Source: Alphaproteobacteria bacterium
Lineage (GTDB): Bacteria > Pseudomonadota > Alphaproteobacteria > GCA-2731375
DNA: 64,000 bases
Direction of reading: 5' to 3'
Assembly: GCA_965232515.1 (NCBI GenBank)
Contig: CBDDPY010000002.1
Span: 1,376,001 to 1,440,000 of the forward strand
The notes beneath the pieces are model-generated. The model did no database searches. It was given only the letters and a program-made list of their open reading frames with translations, and had not been told where the DNA came from. The number at the start of each line of letters is the position of its first letter. The stretch's first letter is position 1. Shown piece after piece: positions 9,848 through 21,207 of this stretch. The position numbers and the translations under genes are program-made.

Positions 9848-9947
9848 AGCGCATGCATGATAGCACGCCTAAAAACCGGCAATTGACGCCACATCTCTAG
9901 CCTCAACGGCCGATATGGGGTCGGCCCCGCCATCGTCGGAGGACGAC

Positions 9948-10481
9948 ATGCTGCGTCAGCTATTCATACTCACCGCGGTTTGCACCGCCCTCGCCCCGGC
10001 ACTCACGTCGGTTCCCGCCAGCGCCGCGTCGACGCAGCTTGCCGACGAACGCGCCCTGATCGCCGTGGCCGACGGGCTCGACGCCGCGGTCGACGCCAAG
10101 GACTGGACGACGGCGCGCGGTTATTTCGCCGACGAGGTCCGGATCGACTTCAGCTCGCTCGGCGGCGGTGCGCCGGCGACGATCCCGTCCGACGATCTGA
10201 TCGGCGCCTGGCGCACGAACCTGTTCGCGGCGAAGCAGAGCTTCCACCTGCGCGGCAACCACCTGGTCCAAATCGACGGCGACACGGCGCGGATGACCTC
10301 GCACGGCTATGCCTGGAACAAGCTGGCGGGCCTCGCCGGCGGCGAGCTGTGGGAGGTCTGGGGCACCTATGATTATCGATTCGCGCGGACGGCTGCCGGC
10401 TGGAAGTTGACCCACTTCACCTTCAACATGATCCACGAACGCGGCAATCCGGCGGTGCGCACGGCGACCGAAACCGACTGA
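9948..10481 (+). CDS. Secreted SnoaL-like/NTF2-fold protein
   Basis: Signal peptide (..PASA); DAKDW, SFHLRGNH and GWKL pattern typical of the SnoaL-like fold; GGAGG upstream. Confidence 0.75.
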   Translation: MLRQLFILTAVCTALAPALTSVPASAASTQLADERALIAVADGLDAAVDAKDWTTARGYFADEVRIDFSSLGGGAPATIPSDDLIGAWRTNLFAAKQSFHLRGNHLVQIDGDTARMTSHGYAWNKLAGLAGGELWEVWGTYDYRFARTAAGWKLTHFTFNMIHERGNPAVRTATETD

Positions 10482-10508
10482 GTTGCAAGTCGGGTCGGCG
10501 GTCCTAGA

Positions 10509-11333
10509 ATGGCGGCCGCCATGACCTTTTTGTCCGACAAGCCGAACATCGACCGCCTGCTGGCGGTGATGGCGAAGCTCAGGGATCCCGACGGCGGCTG
10601 CCCCTGGGATCTGGAGCAGAATTTCGCCTCCATCGCCCCCTACACCATCGAGGAGGCCTACGAGGTCGCGGACGCCATCGACCAGAACGACATGAACCAG
10701 CTGCGCGGCGAATTGGGCGATCTGCTGTTGCAGGTGGTGTTCCATGCCCAGATGGCCAAAGAAGCCAAGGCGTTCTCGTTCGACGACGTCGCCGGCGGCA
10801 TCGCCGACAAGATGATCAAGCGTCACCCGCATGTTTTCGGCGCGGCTGACATCGACAGCGCGGCGGCGCAGACGAAGGCCTGGGAAGAACAGAAGGCCGA
10901 AGAGCGCGCCGCCGCTGCCGCCGACAACGGCCGGGCGTTGAGCGCGCTGGACGGCGTGGCGACCGCCCTTCCCGCCCTGACGCGCGCCGAGAAGCTGCAA
11001 AAGCGAGCGGCGCGCGTCGGCTTCGACTGGACCGAGGCCGGACCGGTGATCGACAAGATCGCCGAAGAGCTGGACGAGTTGCGCGCCGCGTTGGGCAATG
11101 GCGAGGGCCGCGACCGGGTGGCGGCCGAGATGGGCGACCTCTTGTTCGCCGTCGCCAACCTCGCCCGGCATGTCGATGTCGATCCCGAGGCCGCCCTGCG
11201 CGCGACCAACGCCAAGTTCGAGCGCCGCTTCCGCCATATCGAGACGGAATTGGCCAAGCACGACCGCAGCCCCGCCGACGCCACGCTCGACGAAATGGAA
11301 GAGCTCTGGGTCGCGGCCAAACGGGCCGAATAA
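10509..11333 (+). CDS. mazG: Nucleoside triphosphate pyrophosphohydrolase MazG
   Basis: GCPWD, EEAYEV, ELGDLLLQVVFH, and a second MazG repeat. Confidence 0.95.
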   Translation: MAAAMTFLSDKPNIDRLLAVMAKLRDPDGGCPWDLEQNFASIAPYTIEEAYEVADAIDQNDMNQLRGELGDLLLQVVFHAQMAKEAKAFSFDDVAGGIADKMIKRHPHVFGAADIDSAAAQTKAWEEQKAEERAAAAADNGRALSALDGVATALPALTRAEKLQKRAARVGFDWTEAGPVIDKIAEELDELRAALGNGEGRDRVAAEMGDLLFAVANLARHVDVDPEAALRATNAKFERRFRHIETELAKHDRSPADATLDEMEELWVAAKRAE

Positions 11334-11340
11334 CGCTCAG

Positions 11341-12153
11341 TCAGCTGGGAAAGAGCGCGTCGCGAGCGGCCTGCCAGGTCCCCTCGCCCGCGGCCACCAG
11401 CAGCGGCACGTGCTGATCCGGCGCGGTAATGTCGTACGCACGGCCGTCAATGTGGGCGGCGCGCCCGCCGGCCTCGGTCAGGATCAACGCGCCGGGCGCG
11501 TGATCCCACGGCTTGGTGCGGTGATAGACGGCGAAATGCAATCGGTCGCGCAGGAAGGTCTGATATTCGATACCGGCGCAGTGCAGGATCAACTCCGGCC
11601 CGTAGCGGTGACGGTTGCGGCCCATATGCGAAGCAAGCTCGGTATTCTCGCGCGGCAGATGCAGGCAGCCGATGCAGTGCGCCAGGTCCGGCGGCGGCGT
11701 CAGACGGACGCGGTCATCGTCGAACCGGGCGCCGGCGCCGCGTTCGGCCATCGCCATGTGATCGTGGACGGGATCGTAGATCCAGCCGGCCACCACCTCG
11801 CCGCGATCGATCAACGCCAGCATGATAGCGAACAGCGGCAGGCCGTGCGCGAAGTTGATCGTGCCGTCGATCGGATCGATCAACCAGCAGGGATCGTCGC
11901 CCGACAGCAGGTCGAGGCGGCTCGGGTCGTCGTGCACCGCCTCCTCGCCGACGACGACGCTGCCCGGCAGATACGCCGCCAGCCGCTGTCCCAGCGTGGT
12001 CTCGGTCTCGACATCGGCGACCGTCAGCAGATCGTTCGGCGCCTTCTCGCTGACCTGCCCGTGATCAAGCTGCCGGAAGTATGGCAGGCAGGCCTCGGCC
12101 GCGACCTCGCGAATAATCTCGGCAACCTCGTCTGGCGTCATGTGGGAAACCAC
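11341..12153 (-). CDS. Inositol monophosphatase family protein
   Basis: GEE, WLIDPIDGTINF and PWDHAPG motifs. Confidence 0.9.
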   Translation of the reverse strand: MVSHMTPDEVAEIIREVAAEACLPYFRQLDHGQVSEKAPNDLLTVADVETETTLGQRLAAYLPGSVVVGEEAVHDDPSRLDLLSGDDPCWLIDPIDGTINFAHGLPLFAIMLALIDRGEVVAGWIYDPVHDHMAMAERGAGARFDDDRVRLTPPPDLAHCIGCLHLPRENTELASHMGRNRHRYGPELILHCAGIEYQTFLRDRLHFAVYHRTKPWDHAPGALILTEAGGRAAHIDGRAYDITAPDQHVPLLVAAGEGTWQAARDALFPS

Positions 12154-12164
12154 GATGTGGACGG

Positions 12165-12197
12165 AAAACGAAACGGGGCCGCCGAATGGCGGCCCCG
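12165..12197 (-). terminator. Intrinsic terminator of groESL
   Basis: Perfect stem CGGGGCCGCC/GGCGGCCCCG (12174-12197) followed by TTTCGTTTT on the minus strand. Confidence 0.8.
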
Positions 12198-12234
12198 CTG
12201 ATATACGCGAATACTGGATACGCTACGACACTGA

Positions 12235-13893
<1,659 letters not shown>

Positions 13894-14181
13894 CTACTCA
13901 AGAATGCCCATGATGTCGGATTCCTTCATGATCAAGAGCTCCTCGCCCTCGACCGAAACTTCGGTACCCGACCATTTTCCGAACAAAATGCGGTCGCCTT
14001 TCGAGACGTCCAGCGGATGCAACTTGCCGTCTTCGCCACGCGCGCCCGAACCGACGGCCAGGACCTCGCCCTCCATGGGCTTTTCCTGGGCCGTATCCGG
14101 AATGATGATGCCGCCGGCCGTCTTCTCTTCCGAGCCGACGCGCCGCACCAGCACACGATCGTGCAGCGGCTTGATTTTCAT
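13894..14181 (-). CDS. groS: Co-chaperonin GroES
   Basis: [18 protein letters not shown]. Confidence 0.98.
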   Translation of the reverse strand: MKIKPLHDRVLVRRVGSEEKTAGGIIIPDTAQEKPMEGEVLAVGSGARGEDGKLHPLDVSKGDRILFGKWSGTEVSVEGEELLIMKESDIMGILE

Positions 14182-14230
14182 GCGAACCTCCGCAATCCCT
14201 GCCTGAATCCAGTGAGTTTGTCAGAAACTG

Positions 14231-14257
14231 TTAGCACTCAAGAAAATTGAGTGCCAG
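14231..14257. promoter_or_regulatory. CIRCE element (HrcA operator)
   Basis: TTAGCACTC-N9-GAGTGCCAG upstream of groES. Confidence 0.92.
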
Positions 14258-14261
14258 CGGC

Positions 14262-14290
14262 TATATACGGTCCGTATGGCAGGCTGTCAA
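14262..14290 (-). promoter_or_regulatory. groESL promoter
   Basis: Minus strand TTGACA-17 bp-TATATA immediately upstream of CIRCE; the -35 overlaps the hflX stop. Confidence 0.65.
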
Positions 14291-15603
14291 TGGCGCGCGG
14301 CGGCGGTTTCGCTGCGTTTTCGGAAACGGCCGAGATCGGCCGGATCGATGCCCACCTTGAGGCGCGCGGTCCGTTCGCCGTCCTCGCGATCCAGCACCTC
14401 GCCGTGCCGGTAAAGCCAGGCGATGGCGCCGCCGTCGGCCAGATCGACCTCCAGATCGACGATTTCGCGGGCGGCGGCGAGCTCGGCGTCGATCAACGAC
14501 AGCAGGTCGTCGCACCCCTCGCCGCTCAGCGCCGACATGGCCAGCGTGCGGTCTCGCCGCGCCACCAGGCTTTCGGCCCGCTCGCGCGCCGCCGGGTCGG
14601 CCAGGTCGATCTTGTTCAGGGCCTCGATCATCCGCTCGCGCTCGGCCGGCCCGACACCGAGGTCGTCCAGCACCTGGTCGACGTCGGCCGCCTGGGCATC
14701 GGTATTGGCGTGGGCAATGTCCCGCACATGCACGATGACGTCGGCCTCCAGCACCTCTTCGAGCGTGGCCCGGAAGGCGGCAATGAGATGCGTCGGCAGG
14801 TCGGAGATGAAACCGACGGTATCCGACAGGATAACGCGCCGGCCGCTGGGCAGGTCGACCGCCCGCATGGTCGGATCGAGCGTCGCAAACAGCAGATCCT
14901 CGGCCTGCACGTCGGCCTGGGTCAGGCGGTTGAACAATGTCGACTTGCCCGCATTGGTGTAGCCGACCAGCGCGACCACCGGATAGGGCGCGTCGCGGCG
15001 CCGTTTGCGGTGCAGGTTCCGGGTGCGCGTGACCTCGTCGAGCTGACGCCGCAGCCGGACGATACGGTCATCGAGCATGCGGCGGTCAGCCTCGATCTGC
15101 GTCTCACCCGGACCGCCGACCGTGCCGAGGCCGCCACGCTGGCGCTCAAGGTGGGTCCAGGACCGGACCAGCCGGCTGCGCTGATAGGTCAGGTTCGCAA
15201 GCTCGACCTGCAACCGACCCTCGCGGGTCCGCGCCCGAGCGCCGAAGATCTCCAGGATCAACCCGGTCCTGTCGATCACCTTGCGATGCCAGGCGCGCTC
15301 GAGGTTGCGCTGCTGAACGGGCGTCAGCGCGCCATCGACGATCACCAGGTCGACGTCATGGGTCGCCGCCAGTTCTCCAAGCTCCGCCACCTTGCCGGTG
15401 CCGAACAAGGTGCCAGGTCGGGTCTTGACCAGCGGCGACGCAAGCGATTTCGGCACGTCGAGGCCGATGGCGACGGCAAGGCCAACAGCCTCCCGCAAAC
15501 GCGCCCCCGCCTCGCGCCGGTCATCGTCTCCCGACAATATGGGGTGGACGACGAGCGCCCGCCCCGTCGGACCGTTCGTTGGATAGGCTTCGCCGTTCCT
15601 CAC
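14287..15603 (-). CDS. hflX: GTPase HflX
   Basis: [26 protein letters not shown]; probable GTG start overlapping the hfq stop. Confidence 0.93.
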   Translation of the reverse strand: MRNGEAYPTNGPTGRALVVHPILSGDDDRREAGARLREAVGLAVAIGLDVPKSLASPLVKTRPGTLFGTGKVAELGELAATHDVDLVIVDGALTPVQQRNLERAWHRKVIDRTGLILEIFGARARTREGRLQVELANLTYQRSRLVRSWTHLERQRGGLGTVGGPGETQIEADRRMLDDRIVRLRRQLDEVTRTRNLHRKRRRDAPYPVVALVGYTNAGKSTLFNRLTQADVQAEDLLFATLDPTMRAVDLPSGRRVILSDTVGFISDLPTHLIAAFRATLEEVLEADVIVHVRDIAHANTDAQAADVDQVLDDLGVGPAERERMIEALNKIDLADPAARERAESLVARRDRTLAMSALSGEGCDDLLSLIDAELAAAREIVDLEVDLADGGAIAWLYRHGEVLDREDGERTARLKVGIDPADLGRFRKRSETAAARH

Positions 15604-15857
15604 GCGTCGACGGTTGCCTCGGCGTCTTCGGCAGGATCGTAAAGGGTGACCGGATGTGCCGGCATCACTGTCGAAATCGCGTGCTTGTAGACGAGCTGTA
15701 CATGCGCATCGCGGCGCAACAGCACGCAAAAATTGTCAAAACCGCTGATCGACCCCTGAAGTTTAACACCATTAACAAGAAAAACAGTCACGGGAGTCTT
15801 GTTTTTCCTGACGTGGTTCAAAAAGACATCCTGCGTATTCTGGGATTTTTCCGCCAT
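15600..15857 (-). CDS. hfq: RNA chaperone Hfq
   Basis: [23 protein letters not shown]. Confidence 0.97.
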   Translation of the reverse strand: MAEKSQNTQDVFLNHVRKNKTPVTVFLVNGVKLQGSISGFDNFCVLLRRDAHVQLVYKHAISTVMPAHPVTLYDPAEDAEATVDA

Positions 15858-16018
15858 TTTTTGCTTTCCCTAGTTCCCTTATTCGGGATTATGCTCCCCG
15901 AACGCCCTTGTTACTGTCACTTGTATATGCAAACGCCGACGGTTCCAAGTCGGCGTTTGCAACGCAACATCCCTATTAAATGGGACCAGAATCAGCCGGG
16001 ACAAGTATCGCGGCAGCG

Positions 16019-16903
16019 CTATTCCGCCGCACGCGCCGGGGCCGGCAGCACCACATTTTGGGTGTATTCGACATAGCGGCCACGTAAATCAAGGGTTGTA
16101 CTTCCGGGCTTGCCATTGCCGACGACGGCATCGTCGATCTGCACGACGGGGTAGACGAAAGATGTCGTGCTGGTCAGGAACGCTTCCTTGGCCGCCTTTG
16201 CCTCGTCCACCGTGAACGGGCGTTCTTCGACCCGAATGCCGGCATCGCGCATCAGCTGCAGCAGGCGCCGCCGGGTGATGCCATTCAGGATCTCGTGGCC
16301 GGGCGGCCGGGTGACGACGGTGCCGTCCATGAGGACGATCCAGGCATTGGTCGAGCCGCCTTCGGTGACATAGCCGTCGTCATCGACCTGCCAGGCCTCG
16401 AAAGCGCCGGCGGCGCGAGCCGCCTGCTTGACCAGGACGTTGGGCAACAGCGACACCGACTTGATGTCGCAGCGCCGCCAGCGCATGTCGGGCGTGGTGA
16501 TCACCCGTATGCCGTCCTCGACCACGCTGGCCGGCGTCGGCGCCGTGCGGCGAGCCGTCACCACGACGGCGGGCCGGACCCGACGTTTCGGGAACACATG
16601 GTCGCGGCGGGCGACGCCGCGACTGACCTGGAGATAGACGATGCCATTGCGAACGCCGTTGCGGCGCACCGTCTCGGCCATCACGATCTCGAGGGCGGCG
16701 GCCGACATTGGCATGTCCATATCCAACTCGGCCAGCGAATAGGCAAGTCGTTCGAGGTGCCAGTCGTTGTCGATGAAACGGCCGTCGACGACCGCGACCA
16801 CCTCGTAGACGCCGTCGGCGAACTGGTAGCCCCGATCCTCGACATGCACCGACGCGTCAGCGTGGGCCAGATAGCGTCCGTTGACGTAGGCGATACGACT
16901 CAT
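16019..16903 (-). CDS. dat: D-amino-acid transaminase (class IV aminotransferase)
   Basis: DRGYQFADGVYEV, RCDIKSVSLL, ILNGITR. Confidence 0.9.
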   Translation of the reverse strand: MSRIAYVNGRYLAHADASVHVEDRGYQFADGVYEVVAVVDGRFIDNDWHLERLAYSLAELDMDMPMSAAALEIVMAETVRRNGVRNGIVYLQVSRGVARRDHVFPKRRVRPAVVVTARRTAPTPASVVEDGIRVITTPDMRWRRCDIKSVSLLPNVLVKQAARAAGAFEAWQVDDDGYVTEGGSTNAWIVLMDGTVVTRPPGHEILNGITRRRLLQLMRDAGIRVEERPFTVDEAKAAKEAFLTSTTSFVYPVVQIDDAVVGNGKPGSTTLDLRGRYVEYTQNVVLPAPARAAE

Positions 16904-16922
16904 ACCCGACGTGCCCCTGAAA

Positions 16923-18374
16923 TCAGCGCTTCCAGTATGCCGGGTTCACCAGGGTCAACAAAGTCAATAGTTCGACCCGCCCTAGCAGCATGGCGACGCA
17001 TAACAGCGCCTTCGCCGCCGGCGGCATCGCGGCCAATCCACCGCCCGCCGGATCGATGCCCGCCATGGCCGGCCCGGCATTGGTCAGCGTGACGGCCGCG
17101 GCGGCAAGCGCGGTCAAGACGTCGACCCCCAGCAACGCCAATGCCAAGGAGATCGCGGCAAAGGCGAGGATGTATACAAAGAACAGACTCCACACCGCGC
17201 GGATCACGGCATCGGTGATCCGACGCTCTCCGAAACGCAGACTGACCACGCCGTGCGGATGCGACAGCCGGGCGAGCTCGCGGCGGGCCTGCTTGAACAG
17301 CACGGCGACCCGCATCAGTTTCAAGCCGCCGCCCGTCGATCCCGTGGATGCCCCCACCAGCAGCAGCCCGATCAGCAACACCGGCGACAGGCCGACCCAA
17401 ATCTGGGGATCGGTGCTGCTGAAGCCGGTTGTCGTCAGGGCGGATACGGCGGCGAACAGGCCGTGACGCAGGCTGCCGAGCGCCGAATGCCCGCTGGCCA
17501 CGAAAATGTAGACGGAAAGCGCCACGCCCACAGCCGCAGCGCCGGCCAGCAAGTAACGCAGCTCCGGTTCGCGGCGTATATGCTGCCAACGGCCGTGGAA
17601 CGCCGCCCAGACAAGGCTGAAATTCACCGCGCCGAACAGCATGAAGCACAGCAGAATGAGTTCCACCGCCCAACTGTCGAAGGCGGCGATGCCGCCATTG
17701 CGGGTGACGAATCCGCCGGTCGACACGGTGCTGAACGCGAGGCTGAGCGCTTCCAGCCCCGGCACGCCGGCGAGCCATAGCAAGGCCCAGCAGGCAAGAG
17801 TTACAAGCGCATAGACCCAGGCCAGCGCGCGTGCGGTCTGCGCCAGACGCGTCGCCAGGCTATCGCCCTCCCCCTTCGCCAGGGCGCTGACGAACAGCTC
17901 CAACCCACCGATGCCGATATAGGAGAGCAGCACGATCACCAGCAGGATGGTGAGAAACCCGCCGCCCCATTGCAGCAGGCCACGCCATAACAGTATCGCC
18001 GAGGAGACACCGTCGAGATCGCCGAGCACGGTGGCGCCGGTGGTCGTCAGGCCGGAGCTGGCCTCGAAGATCGCATCGATGCCGGCGAACTGCGGACCGG
18101 CGAAATAGAGCGGCACGGCGCCGAAGCCGGCGAGCACGATCCAGACCAGGACGACAAAAAGGTAGCTCTCGCGCTTGTCCATGGTCTCGCCGGACCCGCT
18201 GGTCACCGCCAGCAGGGCGCCGCCGAAAAACCCCGTCAGCACCGCCGATGCGCCAAAGCTCCAGGCCAGATCGTTGTCACCCTCGACCCAGGCGGCCAGC
18301 GCCGGCAGCAGCATGGCCAGCGCGAGGCAGGCGATCGACCAGCCCAGCGCGTAGAGCACGATGCGGTAGGACAT
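16923..18374 (-). CDS. trkH: Trk potassium uptake membrane subunit
   Basis: Pore loops TTTGAT, STGGF, TTTGFS, NAGP; GSTGGGLK; LGRVE. Confidence 0.92.
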   Translation of the reverse strand: MSYRIVLYALGWSIACLALAMLLPALAAWVEGDNDLAWSFGASAVLTGFFGGALLAVTSGSGETMDKRESYLFVVLVWIVLAGFGAVPLYFAGPQFAGIDAIFEASSGLTTTGATVLGDLDGVSSAILLWRGLLQWGGGFLTILLVIVLLSYIGIGGLELFVSALAKGEGDSLATRLAQTARALAWVYALVTLACWALLWLAGVPGLEALSLAFSTVSTGGFVTRNGGIAAFDSWAVELILLCFMLFGAVNFSLVWAAFHGRWQHIRREPELRYLLAGAAAVGVALSVYIFVASGHSALGSLRHGLFAAVSALTTTGFSSTDPQIWVGLSPVLLIGLLLVGASTGSTGGGLKLMRVAVLFKQARRELARLSHPHGVVSLRFGERRITDAVIRAVWSLFFVYILAFAAISLALALLGVDVLTALAAAAVTLTNAGPAMAGIDPAGGGLAAMPPAAKALLCVAMLLGRVELLTLLTLVNPAYWKR

Positions 18375-18401
18375 GACGGCGGCGTTCTAGATCTTGCCGG
18401 C

Positions 18402-19778
18402 TCAGAAGAAGTCGAGCCGGACCGTGAACAGCTTCTCGACCTTCTTCACCATATCGGCAAGCGCGAACATGATGACCCGGTCGCCAACCTGAACAATCGT
18501 GTCGCCGCGCGGAATGACGACCTCGTCATCGCGCACCACAGCGCCAACGATGATGCCGGCCGGCAGCCTGACGTCGCGCAGCGGCGTGCCGACCAGTGTG
18601 GAGGTTTCCAGGGCCTCAGCCTCGATCACCTCGGCCTTGCCGTCGCTCAGAGACTGCACGCCGCGAATGCGGCCACGTCGCACATGTTGCAGAATCGTGG
18701 ACACCGTCGTGGCCCGCGGATTGACCATGGCATCGATGCCGAGCGAACTGATCAGCGGGCCGTAGCTGGAGTTGTTGACCAACGTCACCGCGCGCTGACA
18801 GCCGTTTCGCTTGGCCAGCAGAGAAGCCAGAATATTGACCTCGTCATCGTCGGTGACGGCGACGACGGTCTCGGTACTCTGAACATTCGCCTCTTCCAGG
18901 ATCTCACGTTCGAGCGCGTTGCCGTGGATCACGACGGTTCGCTCCAGCCGGTCGGCGACGAACTCGGCCCGCTCTTTGTCCAATTCGATCACCTTGGCGC
19001 GCACGCCGCTTTGGGTGGCCTCGAGCTGTGTCGCCAGAAACAGGCCGATATTGCCGCCGCCGACAATGATGACGCGGTGCGCCTCCTGCTCCTCGTGTCC
19101 GAACAGCGTCAATGCGCGTGCAACATGGCCGGTATCTGCGACGAAATAGACCTCGTCGCCGACCAGCATCTGATCGTCGCCGGTGGGCACGATCATGCGG
19201 TCGCTACGGATGATGCCGACCACGACGATATTCAGGTCGGGGAACAGCTCGGTCAGCTGCCGGAGCGGCGTGTTGACGATCGGGCAATCTTCCTTGCAGG
19301 TCACGCCAATCACGCGGACCTTGTCATCGGCGAACGGAATCATGTCGAACGCGCCTGGTACTTCCAGGCGTCGCATCGCGGCCTGGGCGACCTCGCGCTC
19401 CGGCGAAATGATGACGTCGATCGGCATGTGCTCGCGACTGAACAGATCGCGCCAGATCGGTTTCAGGTAGCTCTGGTTGCGCACCCGGGCGATCTTGGTC
19501 GGCACGTTGAACAGAGAGTGCGCGACCTGACAGGCCACCATGTTGACCTCGTCCGCATAGGTGACGGCGATGATCATGTCGGCGTCCTCGGCGCCGGCGC
19601 TCTCCAGCACATCCGGCAGCGACGCCGCGCCGACCATGCCCTGCACGTCCAGCGTATCGTTCACGCGCTGCACGAGGTCCGGCCGCTGCTCGATCACGGT
19701 GACGTCGTTGTTCTCGCCGGCAAGATGCCGGGCGATGGCATAGCCGACTTGTCCGGCGCCGCAGACGATGACCTTCAT
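18402..19778 (-). CDS. trkA: Trk potassium uptake NAD-binding subunit
   Basis: MKVIVCGAGQVG and a second RCK domain GGGNIG. Confidence 0.95.
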   Translation of the reverse strand: MKVIVCGAGQVGYAIARHLAGENNDVTVIEQRPDLVQRVNDTLDVQGMVGAASLPDVLESAGAEDADMIIAVTYADEVNMVACQVAHSLFNVPTKIARVRNQSYLKPIWRDLFSREHMPIDVIISPEREVAQAAMRRLEVPGAFDMIPFADDKVRVIGVTCKEDCPIVNTPLRQLTELFPDLNIVVVGIIRSDRMIVPTGDDQMLVGDEVYFVADTGHVARALTLFGHEEQEAHRVIIVGGGNIGLFLATQLEATQSGVRAKVIELDKERAEFVADRLERTVVIHGNALEREILEEANVQSTETVVAVTDDDEVNILASLLAKRNGCQRAVTLVNNSSYGPLISSLGIDAMVNPRATTVSTILQHVRRGRIRGVQSLSDGKAEVIEAEALETSTLVGTPLRDVRLPAGIIVGAVVRDDEVVIPRGDTIVQVGDRVIMFALADMVKKVEKLFTVRLDFF

Positions 19779-19797
19779 GGATTGTCTCTTGTCGTGG

Positions 19798-21207
19798 TCA
19801 CACCGGCGCCGTTCCGGCGCCTTGCAGCCTGGCGCTGACGCCAAGCGACTTCAGCTTGCGGTGCAGGGCCGATCGTTCCATGCCGACGAACTCGGCCGTG
19901 CGCGAGATGTTGCCGCCGAAGCGATTGATCTGCGCCATCAGGTATTCCCGCTCGAACACCTCCCGCGCCTCGCGCAGCGGCATCGACATGACCTCGCCGG
20001 CCCCATTGGTGCCGACAGCGGTCGGCGTCGGCATGTTGATCTCGGGCGGCAGCATCTCGGTGCTGATCTTCTCGCTGACGTCGCCCGGCGCCATGATCAG
20101 CAACCGTTCGATGATATTGCGAAGCTGACGCACATTGCCGGGCCAGTCGTGCGACTGCAGCGCCGCCATGGCGTCGTCGCTGATCCTGCGTTCCGCGCGA
20201 CCGAGAATCCTGGCCGAGCTGCGCATGAATTCGGCCACGAGCTCGGGAATGTCCTCACGCCGATCGCGCAGGCTGGGCACGTGAATGGGCACGACATTGA
20301 GGCGATGGTAGAGATCCTCGCGGAAGCGGCCGGCCGCGATCTCGTTGCGCAGGTCGCGGCTGGACGCGCTGACGACCCGGACGTCGACCTCCACCTGGCG
20401 GCTGCCGCCGACCCGTTCGAATGTCTGGTCCACCAGCACCCGCAGGATCTTGCCCTGGGTTTCGAGCGGCATGTCGGCAACCTCGTCCAGGAACAGCGTG
20501 CCGCCATGCGCCTGCTCGAAAACGCCGACCTTGTGTCCGCCGTCGCCGCTGTCGATGCCCTCCTCGATCCCGAACAGCTCGCGCTCGACGCGTTCCGGCG
20601 CCATGCTGGCGGCATTGAGCACGACGAATGGCCCCTCGCCGCGCCGAGAACGTGCGTGCAGCAGCCGGGCGACCACCTCCTTGCCGCTGCCGGCGGGCCC
20701 GGTGATCAGGACCCGGCTGCCGGTCGGCGCAACCTTGTCGACCGCCGAGCGCACGGCATTGATCGCGGGGCTGGAACCGTCAATGCCGGTGACGTGCCCC
20801 GCCCGGGCGCGCAGCTCCTGGTTCTCCGCCTCCAGGCGGGCGGCCTCGATTGCCCGCCGCACGATCAGCAGCAGCCGGTCGGATTCGAAGGGTTTCTCGA
20901 TATAGTCGTACGCGCCGAGCTTAATCGCCGCGACGGCGGTCTCGATATTGCCGTGACCCGAGATCATCACCACCGGCACGGCGGGATGGTCCTTCTTGAC
21001 GCATTCCAGCACCTGCAGGCCGTCGAGCCGGCTGCCATGCAGCCAGATATCGAGGATCACCAGCGACGGCCGCCGGGCCTCGACCGCCGTCAGAGCAGAA
21101 TCGCTGTCGCCGGCGAGGCGGGTCTCGTAGCTCTCGTCTTCCAGGATGCCGGCGATCAGTTCCCGGATATCCGCTTCGTCGTCTACGATCAGAATGTCAC
21201 GTGCCAT
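19798..21207 (-). CDS. ntrX: Response regulator NtrX
   Basis: REC (LDIWL) + AAA+ lacking GAFTGA + HTH (GMERSALHRKLK); downstream of ntrY. Confidence 0.93.
   Translation of the reverse strand: MARDILIVDDEADIRELIAGILEDESYETRLAGDSDSALTAVEARRPSLVILDIWLHGSRLDGLQVLECVKKDHPAVPVVMISGHGNIETAVAAIKLGAYDYIEKPFESDRLLLIVRRAIEAARLEAENQELRARAGHVTGIDGSSPAINAVRSAVDKVAPTGSRVLITGPAGSGKEVVARLLHARSRRGEGPFVVLNAASMAPERVERELFGIEEGIDSGDGGHKVGVFEQAHGGTLFLDEVADMPLETQGKILRVLVDQTFERVGGSRQVEVDVRVVSASSRDLRNEIAAGRFREDLYHRLNVVPIHVPSLRDRREDIPELVAEFMRSSARILGRAERRISDDAMAALQSHDWPGNVRQLRNIIERLLIMAPGDVSEKISTEMLPPEINMPTPTAVGTNGAGEVMSMPLREAREVFEREYLMAQINRFGGNISRTAEFVGMERSALHRKLKSLGVSARLQGAGTAPV

Noticed and set aside
10482-10508. 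Second dif-like att site bounding the LysR-SnoaL cassette
   Set aside because: No resemblance to Xer arms, so an IMEX mobile element is not called.
10509-11333. mazG as an anti-phage or abortive-infection gene
   Set aside because: Canonical two-domain housekeeping MazG in its conserved neighbourhood.
19798-21207. Missing GAFTGA loop in the AAA+ regulator
   Set aside because: Normal property of NtrX.
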